Source of the DNA: Candidatus Doudnabacteria bacterium
Lineage (GTDB): Bacteria; Patescibacteriota; Doudnabacteria; UBA920
Assembly (NCBI GenBank): GCA_023245895.1
Contig: JAHFJJ010000002.1
Coordinates: 3,348-67,347 of the forward strand
DNA: 64,000 bases
Reading direction: 5' to 3'
Position numbers and translations under genes: made by a program. This document shows positions 44,372 to 54,133 of this stretch, in pieces; the first letter of the stretch is position 1, and every line of letters starts with the position of its first letter. The notes beneath the pieces are model-generated. The model did no database searches and was not told the origin of the DNA. It worked only from the letters and a program-made list of their open reading frames with translations.

Positions 44372-44980
44372 TTACTCGTATCTTTGCAAAGATTTTAATA
44401 ATCTTTTTTTTGCAACCGGGATGCTGCCCAAAGTGGAAATTTTTACAAATGGGTAAAGGTTTTTAAAATAATTAACCACCTGGCTAATGTTGGTTTTGTA
44501 ATAAGCCACGCGGTTTTTTAAGGCTTTGTTATTGTCGTCGGGGCGTTTGGAGAACTTGCCTTTAAAATAAGTTTTTCGGCTGGTCATGCGCCGCATGGTT
44601 TCCGAAAGCGGGATGGATAAATAGGCAAATAAAATTTTGCTTCGCTTTTCCCGGCCTAGCCATTTGGAAACCAGCTTGGCCTCCCCAAGCATTTTAGGGG
44701 TGCCGTTAAAAAGAATCCCCTGCCTGGGCGGGGTTAGGTGAATTTTGTCGCGCAATAAATTCCTTACTAACTCTGTAGGTGTAAGCTTGCCGCTGTCCAG
44801 GGTTTTATCCAGTTTATATTTTTTCCTTAAAGCTTTGTTGTGCTCCAGGGCACGTAGCTCCTGCCCCATATCAAGATTATACAGTTTATATTTGTCAGCC
44901 AAAAATTTTCCATGCGTGGCCTTGCCGGCCGCCGGGTCCCCAAGAAGGATTATATTTAAGGGTTGGTGCTTGTCGGTCAT
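44372..44980 (-). CDS. Nucleoside monophosphate kinase, divergent adenylate kinase paralog
   Basis: ILLGDPAAGKAT, DMGQELR, FNGTPK, RPDD. Confidence 0.8.
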   Translation of the reverse strand: MTDKHQPLNIILLGDPAAGKATHGKFLADKYKLYNLDMGQELRALEHNKALRKKYKLDKTLDSGKLTPTELVRNLLRDKIHLTPPRQGILFNGTPKMLGEAKLVSKWLGREKRSKILFAYLSIPLSETMRRMTSRKTYFKGKFSKRPDDNNKALKNRVAYYKTNISQVVNYFKNLYPFVKISTLGSIPVAKKRLLKSLQRYE

Positions 44981-45055
44981 TTAAAAATATCTTAATATCA
45001 ATCAATACCTATAAATATCAAAAGGCATATTGGGATATTTATAGGTATTAGGATA

Positions 45056-45658
45056 TTACATCGGCAATCCTAATGCCTCATTAATCTTTTTAGTAACATC
45101 AGCAACGGGCGGCGTGCCGTTAATTTCAAAAAACATAGTGCTCTTGTTCAAAAATTCCAGTACAGGAACCGTTTCTTCCTGGTACTGCTGGAGGCGGAAT
45201 TCAATTTTTTCCAAAGTATCGTCCGCGCGGTTTTCGAGCTTTGCCCGTTTAGTCAGCCGGTTTATAGATTCCTCTTTGGGCAGGCTGACATACAGGGTGG
45301 TAAAATCCCTGCGGCCCTGCTTTTTTAAAAAATCCAAAATAAATTCAGCCTGGCCAAGGCGGCGCGGGATGCCGTCAAAAATAACCCCTTTGTCTTTTGG
45401 GATTTGGTTAAGGCGTAATTTCACGACCTCGTACAAGTCTTCGTCCGTAAGCAGGACGCCCGATTCAATAAGCCGTTTGACTTTTTTCCCCAAGGGAGTT
45501 TCGGTTGCGGCGACTTCCCTTAGAATCCCGCCCATTTCCCAATAAAAAAATTTCATTTTTTCAGCCAGCAGTTTTGCCTGCGTGCCTTTGCCCGACCCTT
45601 GTGGGCCAATAAAGAAAATAGTATTAAGTTTCACCCGTATATCAATTTTCCATTCCAA
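45056..45658 (-). CDS. adk: Adenylate kinase family protein (short lid); exact start uncertain
   Basis: GPQGSGKGTQA, MGGILR, FDGIPR, RADD; adk-map gene order. Confidence 0.85.
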   Translation of the reverse strand: MEWKIDIRVKLNTIFFIGPQGSGKGTQAKLLAEKMKFFYWEMGGILREVAATETPLGKKVKRLIESGVLLTDEDLYEVVKLRLNQIPKDKGVIFDGIPRRLGQAEFILDFLKKQGRRDFTTLYVSLPKEESINRLTKRAKLENRADDTLEKIEFRLQQYQEETVPVLEFLNKSTMFFEINGTPPVADVTKKINEALGLPM

Positions 45659-45757
45659 ACGCCTTAGTAGGGTATTTGGATGGGATTAATAGTAAATTTA
45701 AATTTAGTATCTATCATTTATTTATGGCAAGTTGTATTACGAGGTTCATAGATGATT

Positions 45758-45985
45758 TTATGCCTTTATTCTAGCATATTTTTGGCAAAAAGAAAATGGC
45801 CGCACAATATAGGCGACCATTAAAATGTGTCCGGCCGGGCTGTCAGGGTCAAATGTTGCCGTCTTTGATTCCCAATCAGGGTCGGTATGAAGGTCTACGT
45901 AGCCCAGGAGCGTGCCCAGGCAAATGGTGTCATCTTCTATAAGCCTGACCTCAAGCCGCGTGCCTTGGACTGGCTTTTGTTCCAT
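45758..45985 (-). CDS. Small hypothetical protein
   Basis: AGGAGG SD before ATG. Confidence 0.5.
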   Translation of the reverse strand: MEQKPVQGTRLEVRLIEDDTICLGTLLGYVDLHTDPDWESKTATFDPDSPAGHILMVAYIVRPFSFCQKYARIKA

Positions 45986-46037
45986 ATCTTCCTCCTACTG
46001 GATAGCATATTAGCATTTTTTTAAAAAATATGCTATA

Positions 46038-47783
46038 GTGAAAAAAATATTTTTAGTAGAAACCAAAATAAATTTGAACCAGATCTTTATAGAATTCGCT
46101 GTAATTTTAATTTTCGCCGGAGCGATGTCTTTTTTGGTGTCCCTGCTTAAACAGCCCAGCATCATTGCCTACATAATTACCGGCCTTATTGTCGGCCCGC
46201 TGGGTTATTACCATTTGCAGAATTCCGAAGTTTTTTCCGCGCTGGCGCAAATTGGCATTACTCTCTTGCTGTTTATGGTAGGCATGCAGTTGGATATTGG
46301 ACAGCTAAAAAAGCTCGGCCGTAATACAGTACTGGCAGGCATTGGCCAGGTGGTTTTTACTACCATGGCCGGTTATGGGATTTTAAGGCTGCTTAACTTT
46401 AGGCAAATTCCCTCTTTGTATTTGGCTTTCGCGCTGACTCTTTCTTCCACTATTATTGTAGTTAAACTTTTGGGCGAGAAGAAAGATTTGCAAAGCCTTT
46501 ACGGCAAGCTGGCTGTGGGAATTTTTTTGACCCAGGACTTGGTGGTCATTCTCTCTTTAATTTGCTTGTCTTCTTTAAGCCACGGCGGCGGTAACTTTTA
46601 TTCCGGTTTGCCTCTCTGGCAAAGCCTGGGCATGGCTTTTGTCCGCGCGCTGATTTTAATTTTGGCGGTCTGGTGGGTAAGCATAAAAATCCTGCCCAAG
46701 ATTGTCCGCGTTATTGGCCACAACGAGGAATTAATGCTTATTTTTTCCCTGGCCTGGGCCCTGGGCCTGGCGACTTTTGTGTCTTTGCCGCTGGTGGGTT
46801 TTTCTTTGGAAATTGGCGGCTTTTTAGCCGGCCTGGCTTTGGCCAGGAGCGGCGTGCATTATGAAATTGGCGGCAAGGTTAAACCCATCCGTGATTTTTT
46901 TGTAATGATATTTTTTATAATTTTAGGCTCGGGATTGGTTTTTAATAATTTATCGGCGCTTACCTGGCCGGCCATTATTCTTTCCTTATTTGTTCTTATT
47001 GGCAACCCGCTCATAGTAATAATTTTGCTGGGGCTTTTAGGCTATAAGCCCAGGACCGGATTTTTAACCGGAGTAACCGTAGCCCAGGTTTCCGAATTCA
47101 GTTTAATTTTGGTTGCCTCGGGCTATGCGCTTGGGCACCTGAAGTCCTCAGACGTTTCTTTGGTAACTTTGGTGGCTATTATTACCATCGCCCTGTCTTC
47201 TTATTTAATTATGTATTCGGCTAGGCTTTATGAATACTTAAAACCGTTTTTGCAGGTTTTTGACTTTAGGAAAGGGTCGGCCGAAAAGCACTTGAATACT
47301 GCCGCGCTTAAGAACCACATTATTTTGGTGGGCGCCCACCGGCTTGGCCACCATTTGGTAGATTCCTTAAAAAAACAAAAGACGCCTTTTGTGATTGTGG
47401 ATTTTGACCCGGAAGTGGCCGAAAAATATTCGGCCGAAAACTTGCTGGCAATTTGCGGCGACATTACCGACGACTTTGTGCAGGAGCAGGTTAACTTGCC
47501 TTTGGCCAAAATGATAATTTCCACCGTACCGGACTTTAACGATAACCTGCATCTTTTGCATACGCTCCATCATCAAACTTCCCGCCTGCGCAGGAAGCCA
47601 AAACTTATTTTTATGGCACAAGATGAAACAGAAACCGAAACCCTATATAAAGGCGGCGTGGATTATGTAATTTCCCCGCACTTTATGGGCGGGATGCATT
47701 TGGCAAAAATTTTGGGCGGCAAAGACTCCAGCTTCGGCTTAAAAAAATTGCGCCAGAGCCATTTGGAAATTTTGAAAGGCTGA
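46038..47783 (+). CDS. CPA2 cation:proton antiporter with TrkA-N domain (KefB/KefC-like)
   Basis: LSSTIIVVKLL, QD motif, GGFLAG, QVSEFS, C-terminal IILVGAHRLG...GD. Confidence 0.9.
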   Translation: MKKIFLVETKINLNQIFIEFAVILIFAGAMSFLVSLLKQPSIIAYIITGLIVGPLGYYHLQNSEVFSALAQIGITLLLFMVGMQLDIGQLKKLGRNTVLAGIGQVVFTTMAGYGILRLLNFRQIPSLYLAFALTLSSTIIVVKLLGEKKDLQSLYGKLAVGIFLTQDLVVILSLICLSSLSHGGGNFYSGLPLWQSLGMAFVRALILILAVWWVSIKILPKIVRVIGHNEELMLIFSLAWALGLATFVSLPLVGFSLEIGGFLAGLALARSGVHYEIGGKVKPIRDFFVMIFFIILGSGLVFNNLSALTWPAIILSLFVLIGNPLIVIILLGLLGYKPRTGFLTGVTVAQVSEFSLILVASGYALGHLKSSDVSLVTLVAIITIALSSYLIMYSARLYEYLKPFLQVFDFRKGSAEKHLNTAALKNHIILVGAHRLGHHLVDSLKKQKTPFVIVDFDPEVAEKYSAENLLAICGDITDDFVQEQVNLPLAKMIISTVPDFNDNLHLLHTLHHQTSRLRRKPKLIFMAQDETETETLYKGGVDYVISPHFMGGMHLAKILGGKDSSFGLKKLRQSHLEILKG

Positions 47784-47910
47784 TTAAATTCACTCATCAC
47801 TTTAGTGCGGCCGCACTAAAGTGATGAGAAGGATATTTTGTTTGAAAATAAAATGATAAAAGCCCGCGGTGTTGTTGCGGGCTCTTGGCTTTCTTTGTGG
47901 TATGGCATTG

Positions 47911-48045
47911 TTACGGCTTTGCGGTTTTTGGGCTTGGTCTTGGCCCAAGCAACTTCCATGCCAAGATAAAACCCCACCAAAACAAGACAATGCCGATTGT
48001 TACCGCCACATCCACGGCGTTGTGGGCGATTTGCGGTCCTTTCAT
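47911..48045 (-). CDS. 44-aa single-TM protein, absent from the ORF track
   Basis: MKGPQIAHNAVDVAVTIGIVLFWWGFILAWKLLGPRPSPKTAKP; ATG directly follows the upstream stop; purine-rich SD. Confidence 0.5.
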   Translation of the reverse strand: MKGPQIAHNAVDVAVTIGIVLFWWGFILAWKLLGPRPSPKTAKP

Positions 48046-48258
48046 CTATCCCCCTTCTTTTTTGAGCAGGTACCAGAAACTTACTCCGCGTTCCCGGGCT
48101 TCTTTTCGCGTTGCGATGCAACTTGCCACCAGGCTTATGAATCCGAGCACTCCTATGCAGGACAGTATCCATTCCGGAGCAATAGACAATACTCGGATTA
48201 TGCCCCAGACAACGAATGTGAGTAACCCGGCGTTTAGCAAGACAATCACGCCCTTCAT
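48046..48258 (-). CDS. 70-aa two-TM protein
   Basis: GGAGGT SD before MKGVIVLLNAGLL; two hydrophobic segments. Confidence 0.6.
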   Translation of the reverse strand: MKGVIVLLNAGLLTFVVWGIIRVLSIAPEWILSCIGVLGFISLVASCIATRKEARERGVSFWYLLKKEGG

Positions 48259-48313
48259 ATCCACCTCCAGCAGGATTATACCAAAACGCAGGGTTTTTTG
48301 ATATACTACAAAC

Positions 48314-49714
48314 ATGCTGAAACTTTACAATACCCTTACAAAAAAGATTGAGGAGCTTAAACTAATAAAAGATAAAGAAGTGGGCTTGTATACTTGCGGG
48401 CCGACGGTTTATAATTTTGCCCATATTGGCAATTTGCGGACTTATATTTTTGAAGATTTGCTTAAGCGGGTTTTGGAATATAATGGTTTAAAAGTTAATC
48501 ATGCCATGAACATTACGGACGTGGGGCATTTGGTCGGCGACGGCGACGAGGGCGAGGATAAACTGGAAGTCGGCGCTAAGCGCGAAGGCAAAAATCCTTT
48601 GGATATTGCCAAATTTTATGCAGAAAAATTTTTAAGTGACTTGCGCGATCTAAACATCGAGCTTCCCGACCCCAAGATGATTCTTCCCGCGACCCAGGCA
48701 ATACCTGAGCAAATTGAAATTATTAAACAGCTGGAAGCCAAGGGGTTTGCCTATAAAGGTGAAGCCGCGATTTATTTTAACACTTCTAAACTGCCGGACT
48801 ATGGCAAGCTTTCCGGCCAAAAACTTTCGGAAAAAAAATCCGGCGCGCGGGACGAAGTCGTTCAAGACCCGGATAAAAAAACTCCGGCAGATTTTGCCCT
48901 GTGGTTTTTTCTAAAAGGTAAATACGAAAATCATATTCTCCATTGGCCATCTCCCTGGGGCGAAGGCTTCCCAGGCTGGCACATTGAATGCAGCGCCATC
49001 TCCCGAAAGCTGTTAGGCCAGCCCTTTGACATCCACACCGGCGGCGTTGACCACATTGGCACCCATCACACCAACGAAATAGCCCAAAGCGAAGCGGCTT
49101 TTGGCGTCCCTCTTGCCAACGTCTGGATGCACGGAGAATTTTTATTGGTCAATGAAGGCCGCATGGGCAAAAGTGAAGGCAATTTTATTACGCTGGATAC
49201 TTTGAAAAAAGAAAAGTTCTTACCTATTGATTATAGGTATATGTGCCTGCAAGCGCACTATCGCTCGCAGTTAAATTTTACTTGGCAGTCCTTAGGGTCA
49301 GCACATACAGCTTTAAATAGACTATTTGATTTTTTTGATTTTGTTTCTGACGTGGTGCCGGGCCAAATTGATAAAAATTTCGAAAAGGATTTTATTGCAG
49401 CAATTGAGGATGATTTAAATGTACCTAAAGCCTTGGCAATTGCTCATCAGTTACTAAATGAAAACATTATTCCTTTAGAGGTCAAAAAGGCGTCTTTAAT
49501 ACAATTTGATAAAATTTTTGGGTTAAATTTAACTCAACGCACAATAGCAAGCATTCCTCCAGAGGTAGATAAATTGGCAATCGAACGTAAAACTGCAAAA
49601 GACCAAAAAGACTTCGCCAAATCCGACGAGCTAAGAAAGCAAATAGAGGCTTTGGGCTACGAGGTTATGGACACGCCCGAGGGGCAAAAGGTTAAGAAGA
49701 AAATTGGTATTTAG
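48314..49714 (+). CDS. cysS: Cysteine--tRNA ligase
   Basis: [36 protein letters not shown]; TATACT 6 nt upstream of ATG. Confidence 0.98.
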   Translation: MLKLYNTLTKKIEELKLIKDKEVGLYTCGPTVYNFAHIGNLRTYIFEDLLKRVLEYNGLKVNHAMNITDVGHLVGDGDEGEDKLEVGAKREGKNPLDIAKFYAEKFLSDLRDLNIELPDPKMILPATQAIPEQIEIIKQLEAKGFAYKGEAAIYFNTSKLPDYGKLSGQKLSEKKSGARDEVVQDPDKKTPADFALWFFLKGKYENHILHWPSPWGEGFPGWHIECSAISRKLLGQPFDIHTGGVDHIGTHHTNEIAQSEAAFGVPLANVWMHGEFLLVNEGRMGKSEGNFITLDTLKKEKFLPIDYRYMCLQAHYRSQLNFTWQSLGSAHTALNRLFDFFDFVSDVVPGQIDKNFEKDFIAAIEDDLNVPKALAIAHQLLNENIIPLEVKKASLIQFDKIFGLNLTQRTIASIPPEVDKLAIERKTAKDQKDFAKSDELRKQIEALGYEVMDTPEGQKVKKKIGI

Positions 49715-49791
49715 AAAAGCCGCTTTGACTTGTGGTCAAAGCGGCCTCTGGTTTTTTAAAGTAAACCAGGAAACTTACTTACTTATCTCCG

Positions 49792-50211
49792 TTAGTATTT
49801 GCTTTTCAAAAACCAGTGGAAAACTTCTCCCTTAGGAGGGCGAAGAATTTTTACGTGGGTTTTGCTTTCCCGCTCAGATAAAAGCGCAACATGTTGCAGA
49901 AACTCGCGGGCATGCCAGTCGTTGGCCGTATGAAGAACCTCCGAGCCTAGAGCGCGAATGACGCGCGTGCCTAAACAGACAAGCTGGTCTTGGGGTAACT
50001 GTCGTGGAACTTTCTGGAGGTAGGATACGCCTCTATCCTCTACAAACCCATGGATCCATGATGGTCCCGGGGAGAGTACTTCATCAAAGATTGCAAAGGT
50101 CGCAACGCTGATTTCCAAAGTATTCTGGTTGTGTCCCCAGCTCTTTTCGATCCCCCACAGCCAGGGAAATTCACGTAGACACTTATCAAATTGCCTTTTA
50201 CTCATGGACAT
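49792..50211 (-). CDS. Hypothetical protein
   Basis: GGAGG SD; 139 aa. Confidence 0.65.
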   Translation of the reverse strand: MSMSKRQFDKCLREFPWLWGIEKSWGHNQNTLEISVATFAIFDEVLSPGPSWIHGFVEDRGVSYLQKVPRQLPQDQLVCLGTRVIRALGSEVLHTANDWHAREFLQHVALLSERESKTHVKILRPPKGEVFHWFLKSKY

Positions 50212-50411
50212 ACCTGAATCCTCCGATTCTTTGAGGCCATCCGGCCATCTGGTAGTTGTGATGTGCCCTGTCGAATTACAGGACAGACTACTATATCATA
50301 ATTTTTTATTTCCGTCAATTTTCTAGGGGTATATGCCCTAGCTAAAAAAGTCTAATAAAAAAATTTAGGCCGCAGGTAAATTCCTGCGGCCTTTTTAGGC
50401 TGGCGGCCAAG

Positions 50412-50636
50412 TTAGGCTGCCTTGAGTTCACTTGATTTGTAAACGCCTGTGGTCATATCCGCGTGCCGGACAATCCATAAGTTTTTTTGGCCCATGACCA
50501 GTTCTTTTACAACGCCAATATCATTAGGCCTTCTCTTGTCGACCATGTCTTTGTCCAGCACGAGCCCGGACACGTCTTCAAGTGTGGTAATTGTCCTAAC
50601 AGCCATGTGAGCTTGTATTTTGCCCGAAGCTGCCAT
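50412..50636 (-). CDS. Small hypothetical protein
   Basis: AAGGAGG SD; terminator-like hairpin near 50367-50395. Confidence 0.6.
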   Translation of the reverse strand: MAASGKIQAHMAVRTITTLEDVSGLVLDKDMVDKRRPNDIGVVKELVMGQKNLWIVRHADMTTGVYKSSELKAA

Positions 50637-50807
50637 TAAATAGCCCTCCTTAAGCCTAGTTCATTTTAACACTTTTTTACTATAAAACGTTTCTGCAAAA
50701 GCCTATCCCCTGTCTTTCCCCTTAAATTCCCCAAAAGTCCTTGTGTAAGGGCTTTTTTAGGGCTTGGAAGAGATTGCGGAAATGGGTATAATGACATCAC
50801 CTTAATG

Positions 50808-50841
50808 ACCCTCACCCCAACCCTCTCCCAGAGGGAGAGGG
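50808..50841. repeat. DUF559-family repeat unit in the dnaB 5' region
   Basis: ACCCTCACCCCAACCCTCTCCCAGAGGGAGAGGG between TATAAT (50787) and ATG (50854). Confidence 0.8.
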
Positions 50842-50853
50842 AGAAAACACAAC

Positions 50854-52242
50854 ATGGATAATTCAAATATACAACGCGTCCCGCCGCAGAATATGGAAGC
50901 TGAAATGTCGGTTTTGGGATGTATAATGTTAGACAAAGACGCGCTTATAAAAATCGGCGACGTAATTAGCGCTGACGATTTTTACGATGACCGACATAAA
51001 CAAATTTATGAGGCAATTTTGGCTTTGTATGGGGCTAATACATCCATAGATATTTTGACTGTAACTAACTGGCTGGAAGAACATAAGTTACTTGATAGAG
51101 TTGGCGGGTCTTCTTATCTTACTCAGTTAGTTAACGCGGTCCCCTCCTCCGCGCATATTACGCATTACGCCTTCATTGTCCGCAAAAAAGGCACGCTCAG
51201 AAAGTTGATTAACGCGGCTGGGGAAATTACTAATTTGGGTTTTGGCGAGCAGGGCGAGATGGAAGATATTTTAGACCAGGCCGAGCAGAAACTTTACAAT
51301 ATTTCCCAAAAGCATTTAAAGCAGAATTTTATTAGCATCGGTAATATTTTACATGCCACCTTTGAAAGGATAGATGAGCTTCACCGCGAAAAAGGCAAGC
51401 TTAGGGGCCTGGCAACAGGCTATGTGGACTTGGATGGATTATTGGGCGGTTTGCAAAAATCGGATTTGGTGGTTTTGGCCGCGCGGCCTTCCATGGGCAA
51501 AACTTCTTTGGCTTTGGACATAATGCGCCATGTAGCCGTAGATTTAAAAGTTCCGGTTGGAATTTTTTCTTTGGAAATGAGTAAGGACCAATTAGTGGAC
51601 AGATTATTATCTTCTCAAAGCGACGTCAACCTTTGGAAAATTCGCACCGGGCATTTGAACGACGACGATTTTGAAAAAATTGGACAGGCTATGGGCGAGC
51701 TTTCGGAATCGCCGATATTTATAGACGACGCCGCCGGCAGTAATATTATGGAAATTCGCACTAAAGCACGCCGCTTGCAGGCAGAACACGGCGTGGGGTT
51801 AATTGTCGTGGATTATTTGCAGTTAATGGAAGGCCGCAACCAAGAAAACCGCGTACAGGAAGTTAGCGAAATATCCCGTGCCTTAAAACTGTTGGCCCGT
51901 GAATTAAACGTCCCAGTGCTCGCTCTTTCACAGCTCTCCCGCGGCGTGGAAAGCCGCCCGGATAAAGTTCCCCAGCTGGCCGACCTTCGTGAATCCGGTT
52001 CCATTGAGCAGGACGCGGACGTAGTTATGTTTATTTACAGGGAAGAAATGTACAAAGGCAAAGATTCCAAGCGCCCGCACATTGCCGAAATCCACATTAA
52101 GAAACACCGCAACGGCCCCACCGGCCAGATTGATTTGTTCTTTGACGCGGACAAAACTAGTTTTAAGAATTTGGATAAGACTTTTGATGTATCGCCCCAG
52201 ACGGTAATGGACAGCATGGGCGCGGGGGAAGAGCCTGTATAA
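50854..52242 (+). CDS. dnaB: Replicative DNA helicase
   Basis: PPQNMEAE, AARPSMGKT, FSLEM, VDYLQL, LSQLSR, DLRESGSIEQDAD, KHRNGP; no intein. Confidence 0.98.
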   Translation: MDNSNIQRVPPQNMEAEMSVLGCIMLDKDALIKIGDVISADDFYDDRHKQIYEAILALYGANTSIDILTVTNWLEEHKLLDRVGGSSYLTQLVNAVPSSAHITHYAFIVRKKGTLRKLINAAGEITNLGFGEQGEMEDILDQAEQKLYNISQKHLKQNFISIGNILHATFERIDELHREKGKLRGLATGYVDLDGLLGGLQKSDLVVLAARPSMGKTSLALDIMRHVAVDLKVPVGIFSLEMSKDQLVDRLLSSQSDVNLWKIRTGHLNDDDFEKIGQAMGELSESPIFIDDAAGSNIMEIRTKARRLQAEHGVGLIVVDYLQLMEGRNQENRVQEVSEISRALKLLARELNVPVLALSQLSRGVESRPDKVPQLADLRESGSIEQDADVVMFIYREEMYKGKDSKRPHIAEIHIKKHRNGPTGQIDLFFDADKTSFKNLDKTFDVSPQTVMDSMGAGEEPV

Positions 52243-52355
52243 AAAGAACCAAGACACAAGAAACCAAGAACCAACAAATTCCAAGTTTAAAATTTTAAAT
52301 TTAAAAATTGATTCTTTTTTGGTTCTTGCAATCTTGATTCTTGGATCTTAACAAT

Positions 52356-52967
52356 ATGACTAAACTCCCAACATCTTTACAACGTTTAATAAATGAACTA
52401 AGTAAGCTCCCCGGCATCGGCCCCAAGTCCGCGCAGAGGCTGGCTTTTTATTTGCTGAAGCAGGATAATATTGATATTGGCAACTTATCGCAATCTATCG
52501 CGCAAATAAAACAAGGGATTGTTTTTTGTTCCACTTGCCACAACATGGGAGAGTCGGACCCATGTATTACCTGCTTAGACCCACGGCGCGACCAATCCAT
52601 CATCTGTGTTGTGGAAGAGCCGCTGGACGCGCAGGCTTTGGACAAGAGCGGCCAGTTTAACGGCGTGTTCCATATTTTAGGCGGCGTGTTAAACCCGCTG
52701 GAGGGAATTGGCCCGGAGAATTTGCAGATAGATTCCTTGGTGGAAAGAATTAGGAATTATGAATTAGGAATTAGGGAAATCATCATTGCGACAAATCCCT
52801 CCCTTGAGGGCGAAACAACATCTATGCACCTGCAAAAAGTCATTAAGCAAAGCCATCCCCAAATAAAAATTACCCGCATTGCCCGCGGCCTGCCCATGGG
52901 CGGCGACTTGGAGTACGCGGATGATATAACTTTAATGCGCGCGCTGGAAGGTAGGAGGGAGTATTAG
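52356..52967 (+). CDS. recR: Recombination mediator RecR
   Basis: LPGIGPKSAQRLA, C4 zinc finger, ICVVE, EIIIATN..EGETT, RIARGLPMGGDLEYAD. Confidence 0.97.
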   Translation: MTKLPTSLQRLINELSKLPGIGPKSAQRLAFYLLKQDNIDIGNLSQSIAQIKQGIVFCSTCHNMGESDPCITCLDPRRDQSIICVVEEPLDAQALDKSGQFNGVFHILGGVLNPLEGIGPENLQIDSLVERIRNYELGIREIIIATNPSLEGETTSMHLQKVIKQSHPQIKITRIARGLPMGGDLEYADDITLMRALEGRREY

Positions 52968-53028
52968 ATAGCAGATAAGCAGGTGCGTAACAGATAACAC
53001 AGATAAAAAACCACCCTTGCGGGTGGTT

Positions 53029-53706
53029 TTACTTTCCGTATATCTCTAAAAATTTTTCTTTTGGTAGCTTTGCTTCGTCTGTCGGCTCTCCTGCGGCATC
53101 CATTGTTACAGAAAATCCTAGTTCGCTTATTTGCCGGTGGTTGTGTTTTACCAAATCTGAGTAGCCAACAATTTCGGTAATCTCTTCATATTTTTCTTGG
53201 GTTTTTATTTTTTCGGCCAAAACGCGGAGCCCTTCTGTAATTGACTCAATAGCTTCGGAGGAGTTACTGAAAAAGACCAAAGGAACGTGGAGTATGATTT
53301 TATTATTTTCCACCTCACAAGAGAGTCCACGGCTTAAGTTTTCTTGATGAGTTTCTGTCGGCCTGTTTTTAAGCCGTTTTTCCAATTCGTCCAAAGACAA
53401 ATTTTCTGCTAACACCAAGACCAGCTCCTCGGTTACTTGTTTTAGAAAATTCTTATCATTTTCGTCTAAAGCTTCTATTTTATTGCAAAAAGCTTTTACT
53501 TGTTCCGGTGCTTCAGGCATAAGCCCGCCTATAATGCGGCCAAGTTCTTCAACTATATGCTTTTTTGCATTCCCGGCCTTTTCACCTTTAGACTGCATTT
53601 TACTTATGAGCTCAAGAAAAATATTGTCCGCGCGGCGGTGGATTTGGTATGCTTTATTTTCCGTGGAGTCGGCAGGCGACTCCCTGTCAAATCTAAATCT
53701 ACGCAT
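53029..53706 (-). CDS. Hypothetical charged helical protein
   Basis: 225 aa ORF between two terminator-like hairpins; no recognisable motif. Confidence 0.7.
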   Translation of the reverse strand: MRRFRFDRESPADSTENKAYQIHRRADNIFLELISKMQSKGEKAGNAKKHIVEELGRIIGGLMPEAPEQVKAFCNKIEALDENDKNFLKQVTEELVLVLAENLSLDELEKRLKNRPTETHQENLSRGLSCEVENNKIILHVPLVFFSNSSEAIESITEGLRVLAEKIKTQEKYEEITEIVGYSDLVKHNHRQISELGFSVTMDAAGEPTDEAKLPKEKFLEIYGK

Positions 53707-53753
53707 GCTTAAATTATATCAAAAACCCCTCCTTAATTAAAGGAGGGATTTGT

Positions 53754-54059
53754 TTATACTTTTGTAATTTCCACTTCAGTATATGCCTGTCTGTGGCCGA
53801 TTTTCCTGCGGTATTTGCTCTTGGGTTTGTACTTTAAGACGTGGATTTTTTCTCCCCTGCCTTGCTTTAGGACTTTTCCCTGGACTGAAGCGCCGGAAAC
53901 GTAGGGTTTGCCCACGGTGGCATCAGAGCCTGTGGAAGTAAAGAGGACTTTGTCAAAAGTTACGCTTTTGCCGGCTTCGGCATCTAGTTTTTCTACCTGG
54001 ATTTTATCTCCCTTGGAAACTAGGTACTGTTTTCCGCCGGATTCAAAGATAGCTATCAT
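53754..54059 (-). CDS. rplU: 50S ribosomal protein L21
   Basis: [26 protein letters not shown]. Confidence 0.97.
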   Translation of the reverse strand: MIAIFESGGKQYLVSKGDKIQVEKLDAEAGKSVTFDKVLFTSTGSDATVGKPYVSGASVQGKVLKQGRGEKIHVLKYKPKSKYRRKIGHRQAYTEVEITKV

Positions 54060-54133
54060 AAGTATAAAGTATTATGTATTAAGTATAATGTATAAAACAA
54101 CTCTGATAATTCTACCAAACTTAAGGCTTTTCG

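Noticed and set aside
50854-52242. Inteins in DnaB or DnaE
   Set aside because: Lengths are normal; the only insertions are 17-aa repeat-derived peptides in DnaE
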